DNA of 64,000 nt, taken from the NCBI GenBank assembly GCA_965218295.1, contig CBDCKN010000013.1:512001-576000 (forward strand), in the 5' to 3' direction. Positions 49,953 through 60,480 of the stretch are shown here, one piece after another; positions within the stretch are counted from its first letter, which is position 1, and each line of letters opens with the position of its first letter. The translations under genes were made by a program, and so were the position numbers. The notes beneath the pieces are model-generated. The model saw only the letters and a program-made list of their open reading frames with translations, did not search any database and had not been told where the DNA came from. Source of the stretch: Longimicrobiales bacterium. GTDB lineage: Bacteria > Gemmatimonadota > Gemmatimonadetes > Longimicrobiales > Gaopeijiaceae.

Positions 49953-52210
49953 AGCGGGCTTGGAATGTGGCTCGACGAGAGATCGGGACCTTTTTCGACC
50001 ATCCCACCGCCTACATCCTGGTGGTGGCGTTCCTGAGCCTGGGGCTCTTCCTGACCTTCCGCACGCTGTACGCGGCGGGGATCGCCACCATGCGCCCCTT
50101 CTTCGACATGCTGCCCTGGCTCTTCGCCATCTTCATCCCGGCCATGACCATGCGCTCGCTGGCCGAGGAGCGGCGGAGCGGCACCCTGGAGTGGCTCCTG
50201 GCCCACCCCCTCGGTGAGGCCGAAGTCATCGCGGGCAAGTTCATCGGAAACTGGATCTTCGCGCTCATCGCGCTGGCGGGCAGCGTGCCCACGGCGGCCG
50301 GACTGCTCATGGTATCCGAGGCCGACGCCGGCATGATGGCGGCCCAGTACATCGGCGCCGGTCTGCTGGCGGCGCTGGGCGTAGCGGTGGGCCTTTGGGC
50401 CTCCAGTCTCACCCGGAACCAGATCACCGCGTTCATGGTGGCGGCGTCGGTGTCGTTCTTCCTGGTGCTGATCGGCACTCCGGTCGTTCTCATCGGCCTG
50501 CCACCCGCGTTGGGAGCCGCCGTCTCCCGCCTGTCCGTCATCGGGCACTTCACCAACGTGGCCCGGGGCGTGGTCGACCTGCGGGACATCATCTACTTCC
50601 TGTCCACCACGGCCCTGTTCCTGGTCTTGGCCACCGGTCTCTTGAGCCGAGAGCGTCTGGCGCTCGGCCGTGGGGCATACCGTCGCCTCCGGATCGGGAC
50701 CGCGGCCCTGGCGGCCGTGGTCGTCGTGGTGAACCTCTTGGGCGGCAACATCCGGGGACGCCTGGATCTGACGAGTGGTGGCCTCTACACCCTCTCCGAC
50801 GGAACCCGGGAGATCCTGGGCGAGCTGGACGACATCGTCACGCTCAAGCTGGTCGTCTCCGACGAGCTGCCCACCGAGCTGGTTCCCTCGCTACGGGACG
50901 TGCGAGACCTGGTGTCCGATCTGCGTCGGGCCGCGAGGGGACAGCTCATAGTAGAGAACCTGAACCCGGACGACGATGAAGACGTGGCCGCCGAGGCCCG
51001 AGCCCTCGGCGTCACACAAAACGAGTTCAACATCCTCCGGGACGACGAGTTCGAGGTCCGGCGCGGCTGGTTCGGCCTCGCCCTCCTGTACGCCGACGAG
51101 CGCGAGGTCATCCCCTACATCGCTCGGACCGACGACCTCGAGTTCCGCATCCTCTCGAGCATCTCTTCCATGACCACGGAGGTGAAGCCCAGGGTGACCT
51201 TCCTCACGGGCTTTGGGGCCGAGAGCGCGACCACGTATCCGTCACTCCGGCAAGGCCTGGTGGACCGGTACGAGATCGGGCGGGCCGACCTATCCGGCGA
51301 CACGATCCCGGAGCTGGATCCTGACACGCTGGATATCATCGTCCTGGCCGGGCCGGACCAGACCATGTCCGACGAGTCGATCCAGCGCGTGCGCTCGTAC
51401 GTCGAGGGGGGCGGAGCCGCCCTCCTCCTCCTGGACAACAACCAGGTCTCGCCCCAGTCACCCATCACGAGCCCGGTCAGCACAGGGCTGGAGGGCTTCC
51501 TGGAGGAGAACGGGATCCGGATGGATGCCGGGATGGCCATGGACTACAGCTCCAACTCGACCATCTCCATGGGCAGGCAAGGCATCTTCAACCTGGTGCG
51601 CCCCTACCCTCTCTGGCCCATCGCTTTCAAGGGAGATGACCACCCGACGACCCGGGATCTGAGCAACTTGACCGTGGGTTGGGCCACGGCCATCACGGTC
51701 ACCGACAGCGCGACCGTCCGAAGGCTCTGGGTCACCTCGGAGGCGGGGTACGTCCAGCCGTCGGGTGGAATGATCATGCCCGAGGCCCTGCCGGAGCCCG
51801 ATCCCGACGACCTGCGGACCGTGACGCTCGCCGTGGCCCTGGACGCGCGTGTGGCGGAAGACGGTGGAGCGGAAGACGGTGAAGCGGAAGACGGTGAAGC
51901 GGCCAAGATCGGCCGCATGATCGTGGTGGGGGACGTGGACTTCCTGCAGGAGCAGTTCATCCGCTCCAACCCGCAGAACCTGATCTTCGCCGCCAACGCC
52001 ATCGACTGGCTCGCCCAGGACGAGGCGCTCATCGGCATCCGCTCCAAGACGCGGACGCCGCCAGCCATGTCGTTCACGTCCGACTTCCAGAAGACGGCCC
52101 TGAAGTGGGGGAATCTGGTGGGCGTGCCGATGCTTTTCGTCCTGGCAGGCACGGTCCGTGTCACCGGTCGGCGACGCAGAGCCGAGGCACGCTGGGAGGA
52201 GATGACCTGA
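49949..52210 (+). CDS. ABC permease fused to a GldG-like domain (GldF/GldG fusion)
   Basis: TMRSLAEERRSGTLEWLL, GVVDLRDIIYF, RLDLT...YTLS, NAIDWLAQDEALIGIRSK. Confidence 0.88.
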   Translation: MKRAWNVARREIGTFFDHPTAYILVVAFLSLGLFLTFRTLYAAGIATMRPFFDMLPWLFAIFIPAMTMRSLAEERRSGTLEWLLAHPLGEAEVIAGKFIGNWIFALIALAGSVPTAAGLLMVSEADAGMMAAQYIGAGLLAALGVAVGLWASSLTRNQITAFMVAASVSFFLVLIGTPVVLIGLPPALGAAVSRLSVIGHFTNVARGVVDLRDIIYFLSTTALFLVLATGLLSRERLALGRGAYRRLRIGTAALAAVVVVVNLLGGNIRGRLDLTSGGLYTLSDGTREILGELDDIVTLKLVVSDELPTELVPSLRDVRDLVSDLRRAARGQLIVENLNPDDDEDVAAEARALGVTQNEFNILRDDEFEVRRGWFGLALLYADEREVIPYIARTDDLEFRILSSISSMTTEVKPRVTFLTGFGAESATTYPSLRQGLVDRYEIGRADLSGDTIPELDPDTLDIIVLAGPDQTMSDESIQRVRSYVEGGGAALLLLDNNQVSPQSPITSPVSTGLEGFLEENGIRMDAGMAMDYSSNSTISMGRQGIFNLVRPYPLWPIAFKGDDHPTTRDLSNLTVGWATAITVTDSATVRRLWVTSEAGYVQPSGGMIMPEALPEPDPDDLRTVTLAVALDARVAEDGGAEDGEAEDGEAAKIGRMIVVGDVDFLQEQFIRSNPQNLIFAANAIDWLAQDEALIGIRSKTRTPPAMSFTSDFQKTALKWGNLVGVPMLFVLAGTVRVTGRRRRAEARWEEMT

Positions 52211-53133
52211 TGAGTGAGCAAACCCTGAAGAGGATCCTGGTCACCCTCGGAGTGCTGGTGGTGCTCTGGGGCATCTCGTCCCTGTTGTCCGGCCGGGGTG
52301 GCGGGGGCACCTCTCGGGCAGACGACGGGGTGGCGGCGGCGCTGGAGGGCCTGGACGGCACCAACGTGGAGTCCGTGCACATCGACGGCCCCCTTGCCAC
52401 GCTGATCCTGGAGCGGAGCGCCGGCGCGTGGACCGTCAACGGCTACCCGGCGGACTCTTCCGCCGTCGACCGGCTCTGGGACGCCCTCGAGGGCTCGGAG
52501 GTGGGAGGCGTGGTGGCGACGAACCCGGCCAACCACGAGCGCATGGGGGTGTCGCCGGACAACGCCTGGACGGTGGAGCTGACGCGAGCCGGCGGTGGGA
52601 CTTCGTCCGTACTCATCGGAAAGAACGGGCCCACGTACCCCAGCACGTATGCGCGCCTTCCAGACCAGGACGTCGTCGTGGTGGTCTCCGGTGACCTCAG
52701 GTCGGCGGTGGCCCGAGGGCTCGTGGCCTGGCGAGACAAGACGGTCTTGCGCACGGACACGGCTGCCGTGGCCCGCGTTGTCATCGAGGCGGAAGGAGGC
52801 TCCCACACCCTGGAGCGCCCCGACAGCGTGTGGATGGTGAACGGTGAGGTCGCCGCCGCCATCGCCGTGGGCAACCTCATGCGAGAGCTCAACCTCCTTG
52901 TGGCTACCGGCTTCCTTGAGGACGGTGCGGCCACGGAGGAGAGTCCCATGCGGGTGACCGCCCTGAACGCGGCCGGCGATACCTTGAGCACGGTCCTCCT
53001 CACCGGTGAAGAAAGCACACGCTACGCCCGGGTACCGGGCAACGAGGTCGTGTTCGAGATTCCGAGCTGGCGAGTCGAGCGAATCGTCCCCGATCTGGAG
53101 CAGCTCCTACCGGAGGAGGGCGGGGGCCGCTGA
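52210..53133 (+). CDS. DUF4340-like accessory protein
   Basis: Membrane anchor, WTVNGYPAD, LIGK..YAR, WRDK; typical position after GldG. Confidence 0.7.
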   Translation: MSEQTLKRILVTLGVLVVLWGISSLLSGRGGGGTSRADDGVAAALEGLDGTNVESVHIDGPLATLILERSAGAWTVNGYPADSSAVDRLWDALEGSEVGGVVATNPANHERMGVSPDNAWTVELTRAGGGTSSVLIGKNGPTYPSTYARLPDQDVVVVVSGDLRSAVARGLVAWRDKTVLRTDTAAVARVVIEAEGGSHTLERPDSVWMVNGEVAAAIAVGNLMRELNLLVATGFLEDGAATEESPMRVTALNAAGDTLSTVLLTGEESTRYARVPGNEVVFEIPSWRVERIVPDLEQLLPEEGGGR

Positions 53134-53197
53134 TCCGCGGGATCTGCTCCGGCGGGTCCGTGTATTCCGAGATACATCCCCGGGCAGGCCGCCAACG

Positions 53198-55117
53198 ATG
53201 CTCGGGAACCCGTTACTCAGGAGAACGTCGGTGCTACGCTTCGCCACCCCACCCGGGGCACTGGTCCTATCCGCCGTACTGGTGGGACTCGTTCCCGCGA
53301 CCCCGTCCGGCTTGTCCGGCCAAGATGCGAATCCGGATTCCCTCAAGCTCCTGGCCAAGGCCAAGGAGGCCCAGGCCCGCTTCGAGCGATTCCGGGAGCA
53401 GCGGATCCCCCCCGAGCTGGCCGGATACGGAGGTGGCTGCGACGATCTCATCGGCCGTTTCTGCCTCCGCTTCGGGGACGGTGAGGACGAGGACGAGTGG
53501 CAGGTTCCGGAAGAGCCGGTGGAGTTCGGAATGGCCCGGATACGGGTCCTGGATGAGCTCGCCGAAGTCGGACAGGAGATCCCGGGTGATTCGTGGGTCC
53601 TGGGCCAGCGTGTCTACTACATGGGTGAGGTGGGCAGCTGGCGGCAGGCCGAAGCGCTGATCCGGCGCTGCAGCGGCGAGCAGTGGTGGTGCACCGCGCT
53701 CTTCGGGTACGTGACGCACGCCCAGGGCGACTGGGTCTTCGCCGCGGAGATCTTCGAGCGCGCCCTCGAGCAGATGCCCCCAGAGGAAGCGGTGCGCTTC
53801 CGCACGCCCACCTACCTCCTGGACCCCGGGGCCATGGAGGTCTACGAGGCGTCCGACGACAGGGACGCCATCGAGGATCGGCTCTGGCTCCTCTCCGACC
53901 CCCTCTACATGGTCGAAGGCAACGATCGCAGGACCGAGCAGTACGCTCGGCAGGTCCTCATCCGCATGCGAGGAGAGGCGGAGAACGCCTACGGGGTGGC
54001 GTGGGGGGACGACATCGAGCAGCTCACCCTCCGCTACGGGGCCGAGAAGGCGTGGGAGCGCGTACGAGCCCTCGTGGGACAAGGCCTTCAGGACACGCGC
54101 AGGATCGTGGGCCGGCATCATCCCAAGAGCCAGGAGTTCCTTCCCCCAAAGGAAGGCCTGGAGGATCCGGCAGAAGTGGCGCCGGGGGATTGGACGGTCG
54201 GAAAGATCCGCCCGTGGACCGGGTACGCTCCTCCGTACGCGCCGGACCTCGATCCACTCGAGACCCAGGTGGCGCGCTTCCGCCGGGGGGACTCGCTCCT
54301 GGTGGTAGGGGCCTTCGCGCCCGAGGTCGAGAACAAGCCCGAGGTCGACAGCCGCTGGAGAGCCCGGAATCCGCGGGGCGTCAACATGCGGGACCGACGT
54401 GCCGAGACGCGGGGCGATCGGCAGGCCAGGCTGAATCCCTTCGGACGGCGGGTGGAGGAGCCGCAGCCGTTCATGCCCGAGGAGCCCGAGGTGGAAGGAC
54501 CCGTCCAGTCGGGCCTCTTCCTCATCGACACCGACACCGGCGAGCGCCACGAGGTCCTGGGTGAAGGCCCCGAGGGCGCGTTCCAGCTCCAGGTGGACAA
54601 CGGTCGCTACATCGTCGGCGTGGAGGCGTTCAGTGCGGACGCCAAACAGGCGTGGCGGGACCGCCACGGGCTCTGGCAGGACGACATCGTACCGGGCCTG
54701 GCGGCCGTCTCGGACCTGTTGATCCTGAAGGGCGGCGGTGAGCTCCCTGAGTCGCTGGACGAGGCCCTCCCCACGGCCATGCCGGCCATCCGCATCCGCG
54801 CCGGTGAGGCGTTCAAGGTAGCGTGGGAGCTGTACGGGCTCCGCATCGGCGAGTCCGCCACCGTGCGCATCGGGGTGGACCAGGGCGGAGAAGGATTCCT
54901 ACGGGCCCTGGGGCAGTTCCTGCGCGTCCTGGAGCCCGACGCTCCGGTTGTCATGGCGTTCGAGGACGCGGGCCCCGACGTGCTCGGCACGGTCTTCCGC
55001 GCGGTCCAGCTGAACTTGCCAGACCTGGAGCCCGGAGAGTATGCCCTCACGGTAGAGATCGAGCTCTCCGGACGCGAGCCCATGGTCGTGGCACGGCCGA
55101 TCATCATCGTCCCATGA
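53198..55117 (+). CDS. secreted hypothetical protein (GWxTD-domain-like)
   Basis: Signal peptide, LWLLSDPLYMVEGNDRRTEQYAR, LTLRYG, C-terminal beta sandwich. Confidence 0.5.
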   Translation: MLGNPLLRRTSVLRFATPPGALVLSAVLVGLVPATPSGLSGQDANPDSLKLLAKAKEAQARFERFREQRIPPELAGYGGGCDDLIGRFCLRFGDGEDEDEWQVPEEPVEFGMARIRVLDELAEVGQEIPGDSWVLGQRVYYMGEVGSWRQAEALIRRCSGEQWWCTALFGYVTHAQGDWVFAAEIFERALEQMPPEEAVRFRTPTYLLDPGAMEVYEASDDRDAIEDRLWLLSDPLYMVEGNDRRTEQYARQVLIRMRGEAENAYGVAWGDDIEQLTLRYGAEKAWERVRALVGQGLQDTRRIVGRHHPKSQEFLPPKEGLEDPAEVAPGDWTVGKIRPWTGYAPPYAPDLDPLETQVARFRRGDSLLVVGAFAPEVENKPEVDSRWRARNPRGVNMRDRRAETRGDRQARLNPFGRRVEEPQPFMPEEPEVEGPVQSGLFLIDTDTGERHEVLGEGPEGAFQLQVDNGRYIVGVEAFSADAKQAWRDRHGLWQDDIVPGLAAVSDLLILKGGGELPESLDEALPTAMPAIRIRAGEAFKVAWELYGLRIGESATVRIGVDQGGEGFLRALGQFLRVLEPDAPVVMAFEDAGPDVLGTVFRAVQLNLPDLEPGEYALTVEIELSGREPMVVARPIIIVP

Positions 55118-55350
55118 CTTCATCACGCCCATGACGTAGGCCGTACCCTCACCGCACCCCGCCTTCCAAGCCGGCCGAGACCGCTCGATCACGAACCCCT
55201 CAGCCTCGTAGACGGCCTGGGCCCGCTCGTTGAAGTCGTAGACGTCGAGCCATAGGTGACTGGCCCCCAGATCTCCGAACGCCGCCTCCTTCACGAGGCG
55301 CATGGCGTCCTTGCCGTAGCCGCGCCCCTTGTCGGAGATGGCGATGCCCC
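55118..55350 (-). pseudogene. GNAT acetyltransferase fragment
   Basis: KGRGYGKDAM, LWLDVYDFNERAQAVYEAEGF. Confidence 0.7.
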
Positions 55351-55464
55351 GATGCCCGGAAAGGCCGACGCGAAGAGAAGGAGTGAGACGGCGAGGGGAA
55401 CAATGACCTTGAACTGCCCTCATGGCCGCTCCCCACCACCCTCCACGTCCCCGATCCGCCCGCC

Positions 55465-55578
55465 CCGATTGTATCGGTACATTATCCGGCTCCGATTGTC
55501 TCGATTGTCACAGTTCGATGACGATAAATGTTGACAAACGGTCTGTCAATACATACGATTGTCCCTATGACAATCTGG
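55465..55578. promoter_or_regulatory. MocR-type operator/promoter region
   Basis: Repeated CGATTGT at about 55466, 55493, 55503 and 55556; ATTGTCcctatGACAAT palindrome over the ATG; TTGACA at 55531. Confidence 0.55.
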
Positions 55579-56964
55579 AGACCACGGATCGAAGACGACG
55601 ACGGGCCGCGCTACCTGGCTATCGCCAACGCCATCGCTACTGACCTGGAATCCGGGGTCCTCACACCGGGCTCCCGCCTTCCCACCCACCGCAACCTGGC
55701 CGACTTCCTGGGGGTGACGGTAGGGACGGTGACGCGAGGCTATTCGGAAGCCGAGCGGAGGGGCCTGACAGTGGGTGAGGTGGGGCGAGGCACCTTCGTC
55801 CGCAGCCGCGAGGTCGAGGAGTACGGCTGGGCGGCGGCCCAGCCGGGCGAGGCCGGCCGGGTCATCGACCTGAGCCTCGCCTGCCCGTGGACCGCTCCGG
55901 GCGAAGGAGAGCTCCTGGCCGAGACACTACGGCAGATCACCCGTGAGGCCGACATGGTCGAGCTCCTCCAGTACCACCCCGACAGCGCCACGTTGCGGCA
56001 TCGAGCGGCAGCCGCGTCGTGGATCGAGCGTACTGGGATGGAGGCTCCGCCCGAGCGGATCATCGTCACCGCCGGCGCTCAGCACGCCATGACCGTACTC
56101 TTCTCCGCCCTGCTGCGCCCAGGCGATATCATCCTCACCGGCCAGCTCACCTACCCCGGGATGAAGGCCCTCGCCCAGATGCTCGGGCTCCGCATCCGTG
56201 GCGTGGCGCTGGACGAGGAGGGCATTCGCCCCGACGCCCTGGAAGAGGCCTGCCACGACGGCTCACCCGCCGCCCTCTACTGTGTCCCCACCCTCCAGAA
56301 CCCGACGTGCGGGGTCATGTCCGAGGAGCGGCGGCGGCAGCTCGCGAAAGTAGCCAAGCGGCATGACCTGGTGGTGGTGGAGGACCACGTCCACGCTCAT
56401 ATGGTGGACGACGAACCCCCTCCCCTCAGCGTCTTCGCCCCTGAGCGGACGATCCACCTGAGTACGATCTCCAAGTCGGTGACTTTCGGACTCCGCACAG
56501 GCTTCGTTCTCGCTCCCGACCATCTGGTCGAGCGGATCCGCGCCGGAGTGCGCTCCACCATCTGGATGCCGCCCCCCCTCATGGCCGAGGTGACCACGCG
56601 CTGGCTGTCCGACGGCACCGCAGACCGCATCGCGGCCATGAAGCGAGAGGAGCTCCAGGCTCGCACCGCCATCGTCCGTGAGGTCCTCGGCGACCGCTAC
56701 GACCTGAGAGGCACGGACTCATCCATCCACTTCTGGCTCCAGCTTCCCGAGCCGTGGCGGAGTGACGAGTGCGTGGCGCAAGCACGCCAGCGGGGCGTCC
56801 TGGTGGCCGGCGCAGAGGCGTTCGCGGTGGGACGGCGGGACGTGCCCCACGCGGTGCGGGTATGCATCGCAAGTGTCCCCCGCCGAGAGGATCTGAGGCG
56901 CGGGCTCGAGATCCTAGGCGAGGTGCTTGAGGGCTGCTCCGACCCCTGCGTCGACATCCTGTGA
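55567..56964 (+). CDS. MocR/GntR-family PLP-dependent transcription regulator
   Basis: wHTH RLPTHRNLA..GRGTFV; TAGAQHA, PTLQNPT, STISKS..GLRTG. Confidence 0.93.
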   Translation: MTIWRPRIEDDDGPRYLAIANAIATDLESGVLTPGSRLPTHRNLADFLGVTVGTVTRGYSEAERRGLTVGEVGRGTFVRSREVEEYGWAAAQPGEAGRVIDLSLACPWTAPGEGELLAETLRQITREADMVELLQYHPDSATLRHRAAAASWIERTGMEAPPERIIVTAGAQHAMTVLFSALLRPGDIILTGQLTYPGMKALAQMLGLRIRGVALDEEGIRPDALEEACHDGSPAALYCVPTLQNPTCGVMSEERRRQLAKVAKRHDLVVVEDHVHAHMVDDEPPPLSVFAPERTIHLSTISKSVTFGLRTGFVLAPDHLVERIRAGVRSTIWMPPPLMAEVTTRWLSDGTADRIAAMKREELQARTAIVREVLGDRYDLRGTDSSIHFWLQLPEPWRSDECVAQARQRGVLVAGAEAFAVGRRDVPHAVRVCIASVPRREDLRRGLEILGEVLEGCSDPCVDIL

Positions 56965-57019
56965 TGCCGCGTCCTGCGATGTCGCATCCTGCCCTGGCCC
57001 GCGCCCCCAGGAAGTAGTG

Positions 57020-57526
57020 ATGGAGATTCAAGACATCGACGAGTTCCTGGGATACCTGGAAAGGGTACGCCAGCGCACAGAGAGCGTGGTGCTCTGTATC
57101 ACCGAGGCGAGCCTCGAGTGGAGCCCCGGAATGGGGTCCTTCACCCCGGGCGATTTCGTGCGGCACATTGCGGGGACCGAGCGCTGGATCTGGGCCGAGA
57201 ACGTCATGGGGCGAGCGAGCCGGTACCCGGGCCACGGCCCGGAGCTGGCCACGGGGCTCGACGCTGTCATCCAGTACTTGAACAGCCTGCACGCCGAGGC
57301 GGTCGAGATCTTCCGCACGCTCACGCCGGGGCAGCTTCAGGCCAAGTGCCCAACCGTAGGGGGCATCGAGCTCAGGACCTGGAAGTGGCTCCGAGCCATG
57401 GTGGAGCACGAGATCCACCATCGCGGGCAGCTCTATACCACCCTCAGGCTCGCCGAAGTGGAGACACCCTCGCTCTATGGCCTGACCGAGCCGCAGGTGC
57501 TGGAGCGCAGCCGGCCGGCCGAGTGA
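57020..57526 (+). CDS. DinB family protein
   Basis: VRHIA, MVEHEIHHRGQL. Confidence 0.9.
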   Translation: MEIQDIDEFLGYLERVRQRTESVVLCITEASLEWSPGMGSFTPGDFVRHIAGTERWIWAENVMGRASRYPGHGPELATGLDAVIQYLNSLHAEAVEIFRTLTPGQLQAKCPTVGGIELRTWKWLRAMVEHEIHHRGQLYTTLRLAEVETPSLYGLTEPQVLERSRPAE

Positions 57527-57571
57527 CATTGGATGACAACGAACGAGTGATCAGTGGAGGTGGATGATGCG

Positions 57572-57700
57572 GTGGTTCACCCCAGGCTCAAGCAGCCCAT
57601 GAGCATGGCCGACCTGTTCTTCTTCATCGCTGAGCACGACGACCATCACCTGGCTCGCATCCGAGAAGTCGGCAGCCTCCAGCGGGAGGTGGGCGCATGA
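57572..57700 (+). pseudogene. DinB C-terminal fragment
   Basis: HPRLKQPM..DLFFFIAEHDDHHLARI. Confidence 0.65.
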
Positions 57701-58386
57701 GCATCGGAGCGCACAGGGAAAGCTGGATCCGACCCGTCATCGTGGAAGGGGAGCTCGTGCGCCTGGTCCCGCTCCGAGCCGAGCACGCGGCGGAGCTCTG
57801 GAAGGTGGGCCAGGACCCGGACATCTGGCGCTGGATGCCCTGGACCATGGAGGCGGAGTCGGACTTCGAGAGGCAGGTCGCCGGCTTACTCGAGTGGGCG
57901 GAGACCAACTTCGGACAGAGCTACGTCATCGAGGTTCTTGACGGCAGTGGCATCGTGGGAAGCACCTCGTACCTCAACGCCGACCGGGCCAACCGCAGGG
58001 TAGAGATCGGAGCGACCTGGATCACTCCGGCGTGGCAGCGCACCCGCGTCAACACCGCGTGCAAGCTGCTCCTCTTGCGGCATGCCTTCGAGGAGTTACA
58101 GGCGAATCGGGTCGAGTTCAAGACCGACTCCATGAACGTGCGCTCGCGTGCGGCCATCGCCAGGATCGGGGCCCGCGAGGAGGGTACTCTGCGGAATCAC
58201 ATGGTGCGGCCCGACGGATCCGTGCGACACAGCACCTACTTCGGTGTCACCGTCGAGGAGTGGCCCAGAATTCAGGAGCACCTGCGCCGACTGCTGACGG
58301 CGTACGACAGTCCCCTCCCGGCCTGCGGTACTACCAGGCCTGGACGATGGCACGAATCCAGTCGGAGAGCACCACCAGATCCCTGA
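57697..58386 (+). CDS. GNAT N-acetyltransferase (RimL-like)
   Basis: VEIGATW, NTACKLLLLRHAFE, NVRSRAAIARIGA.EEG.LRNH. Confidence 0.92.
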   Translation: MSIGAHRESWIRPVIVEGELVRLVPLRAEHAAELWKVGQDPDIWRWMPWTMEAESDFERQVAGLLEWAETNFGQSYVIEVLDGSGIVGSTSYLNADRANRRVEIGATWITPAWQRTRVNTACKLLLLRHAFEELQANRVEFKTDSMNVRSRAAIARIGAREEGTLRNHMVRPDGSVRHSTYFGVTVEEWPRIQEHLRRLLTAYDSPLPACGTTRPGRWHESSRRAPPDP

Positions 58387-59446
58387 GGTCGATGACCTCC
58401 ACAGGAGAGTGCGAGTAGCGGAGCGGCCAGCCTAACGGAATGTCCACGACGCCCCAAGGGGCCCACGCCGAGCCGTCGTTCCCCCCGTTGGTGGTGCCGA
58501 CCTGGAGCGGCAGGCCGCGGGCCCGGCCCACCGCCAGGAGCGAATCGAGGACCCCCGGCGGAGTAACTGACGAATTATCTACGGCCCGGGCCACCGGCCC
58601 CTTGCCGATGGGCGCCACGGCGAAGTTCTGGGGATCGATGGGCGTGTCCGCTGAGACGAAGGTGTCCACGGGATAGACACGATGGGCTTCGAAGCCGAGA
58701 GTGCGGGCGGCGTAGGCGCTTCCCACGAGGCCGATCTCCTCCTCCACCACCCACAGGAACACGAACTCGTGTTGGGCGGTGGCTGGATCCAACTCTTGGA
58801 GCGCCAGGATCTGGGCCGTCGAGCCCACCCGATCGTCGAAGGAGCGGCCCGTCACCCGGGTTCCGGCGAGGCGCACGAACTCCTTGGGGTTGGTGACCGT
58901 CTGGCCGACCTCGATGCCCAGGGCTTCCGCTTCGGCCCGGGATCGGGCGCCTACGTCCACCCTGGTCGGACCGGGGGGGATGGTGCGCCGGGGCTCGCTG
59001 GTGAATTCCCGAGGGACGAATACGCCGTTGATGGGGTCGTCTTCCCTGTGGACGATGGCTGGAGTGCCCTCCCAGAGCCACGGAAGGAATCCGCCCCTTT
59101 CCCTCACCGTGAGCAAGCCGTCTTCACCGATCTCCGTGACCTGGAATCCGGTCTCGTCCATGTGGGCCACGAACACCGACACTGGCTCGCCGTGACCCAC
59201 CCGAACCCAGACATTACCAGCAGAATCCACCTCGGGATCGGCCCAGTCGGGTAGGTTGTCGAGGACGGCCTTTCGGACCTCACCTTCGTCGCCCGAGACG
59301 CCGTACGTCTCGACGAGCTCTTCCAGGAGTCGAGCCGCCTTCTCGATGCGCTCCGGGGTCACCTGACCATGGAGCGGCCCGGCCAAAAGGGCGAGAATGA
59401 GTGGGGGGGCCCCCACCGCCCATCGTCCCATGGACCCGCCCGTCAT
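58331..59446 (-). CDS. M42-family metallopeptidase, secreted
   Basis: AHMDE, FDDR, EEIG, YSHSP; signal peptide. Confidence 0.9.
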   Translation of the reverse strand: MTGGSMGRWAVGAPPLILALLAGPLHGQVTPERIEKAARLLEELVETYGVSGDEGEVRKAVLDNLPDWADPEVDSAGNVWVRVGHGEPVSVFVAHMDETGFQVTEIGEDGLLTVRERGGFLPWLWEGTPAIVHREDDPINGVFVPREFTSEPRRTIPPGPTRVDVGARSRAEAEALGIEVGQTVTNPKEFVRLAGTRVTGRSFDDRVGSTAQILALQELDPATAQHEFVFLWVVEEEIGLVGSAYAARTLGFEAHRVYPVDTFVSADTPIDPQNFAVAPIGKGPVARAVDNSSVTPPGVLDSLLAVGRARGLPLQVGTTNGGNDGSAWAPWGVVDIPLGWPLRYSHSPVEVIDLRDLVVLSDWIRAIVQAW

Positions 59447-60381
59447 CCGCCACCTCGGATCCATCTTTCGAGGCTCCGGGTCAACGCCCTCACCTCACGC
59501 AGGTCGATGGTCTCGGTGGGCCATCCTTCGTATCGGGTCTCCAGGCCGCGCTCCTCCACGGATCCGAATATCTCGGAAAGGCTCTCTGGCGCCGGGTAGT
59601 CGAGCAGAAGGGTCTGGTCAAAGGGGCCGTGGGCGTTCGCCACCGTCATCAGGCCCCGGTGACGGATGTGACTCTCCACCACGAAGGCCGCCACCACCGT
59701 GCCACGCGCATTAGGGCGGTTCATGACCGCCCGGGCGAGAGCCGCGCACGACCCGCGTTGGCCAGATTCGGGGCCTGCCAACAAGCTGTCTCCGTACTCG
59801 ACGGTGGTCTTGAGCATAGCGACCGGATTCACCATGTCGATCCCCAATCCCCGGACCTCGTCCCGTGACGCCGCTCCCACGTCGACGTACGCATCGTCCA
59901 CCGTAAACGCGTCTGTGGCGAAGGAGCGTCCACGCGCCAGGTGTGTGGACCATACCGCCATGACCCCGGCGATGGGTCCCCGGTCACCCCACACCGTGAC
60001 GCGGTGCCCCTCGTGGGACTGATCGAACGTCCAGGGGGCGCCGTCTCCAACCCTCCTGAGGGTGAGCCATCCGTCCTCTCGGATCCCGCCCACAACGTAC
60101 CCCCACTCGTCCATGGGGCAGGCGACAAGGCGGCGCGGACTCCCAGATCCGAGCACGGACACCACACTGCCGGCCCGATCGCGCTGCGCCCCGGGCACCA
60201 GGTCCTCGAGGACAAGGGCGAAGGTGGCCTCGTACCCGCTCACGGCGGTGAGGCCCGCGAACCACCCGGCGAGATCCGGTCCTTCACGGGCCGTTTGGGC
60301 CCCCACCGGGTTGGCCCAGAGCAGAACGGCAGCCACACAGGCCGCCGCTCCCAGCGGCGAGGATGTACGGCGCCCCTTCAT
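59443..60381 (-). CDS. M42-family homolog lacking metal ligands, secreted
   Basis: VSGYE, CPMDE, YVDVGA..GI; His, DDR and EE motifs replaced. Confidence 0.75.
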   Translation of the reverse strand: MKGRRTSSPLGAAACVAAVLLWANPVGAQTAREGPDLAGWFAGLTAVSGYEATFALVLEDLVPGAQRDRAGSVVSVLGSGSPRRLVACPMDEWGYVVGGIREDGWLTLRRVGDGAPWTFDQSHEGHRVTVWGDRGPIAGVMAVWSTHLARGRSFATDAFTVDDAYVDVGAASRDEVRGLGIDMVNPVAMLKTTVEYGDSLLAGPESGQRGSCAALARAVMNRPNARGTVVAAFVVESHIRHRGLMTVANAHGPFDQTLLLDYPAPESLSEIFGSVEERGLETRYEGWPTETIDLREVRALTRSLERWIRGGG

Positions 60382-60480
60382 TCTCTCTCTAGTGTCCCGT
60401 TGCCAAAGTGTCTCGGCCAGTCGAGGGCACGGGTGCGTCCCGGCCCTCTTGGGTGGCTCGCGAATTTCGGCAACGGAACA

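Noticed and set aside
51852..51902. 15-bp tandem repeat (AEDGE)
   Set aside because: Ordinary low-complexity loop within the GldG domain
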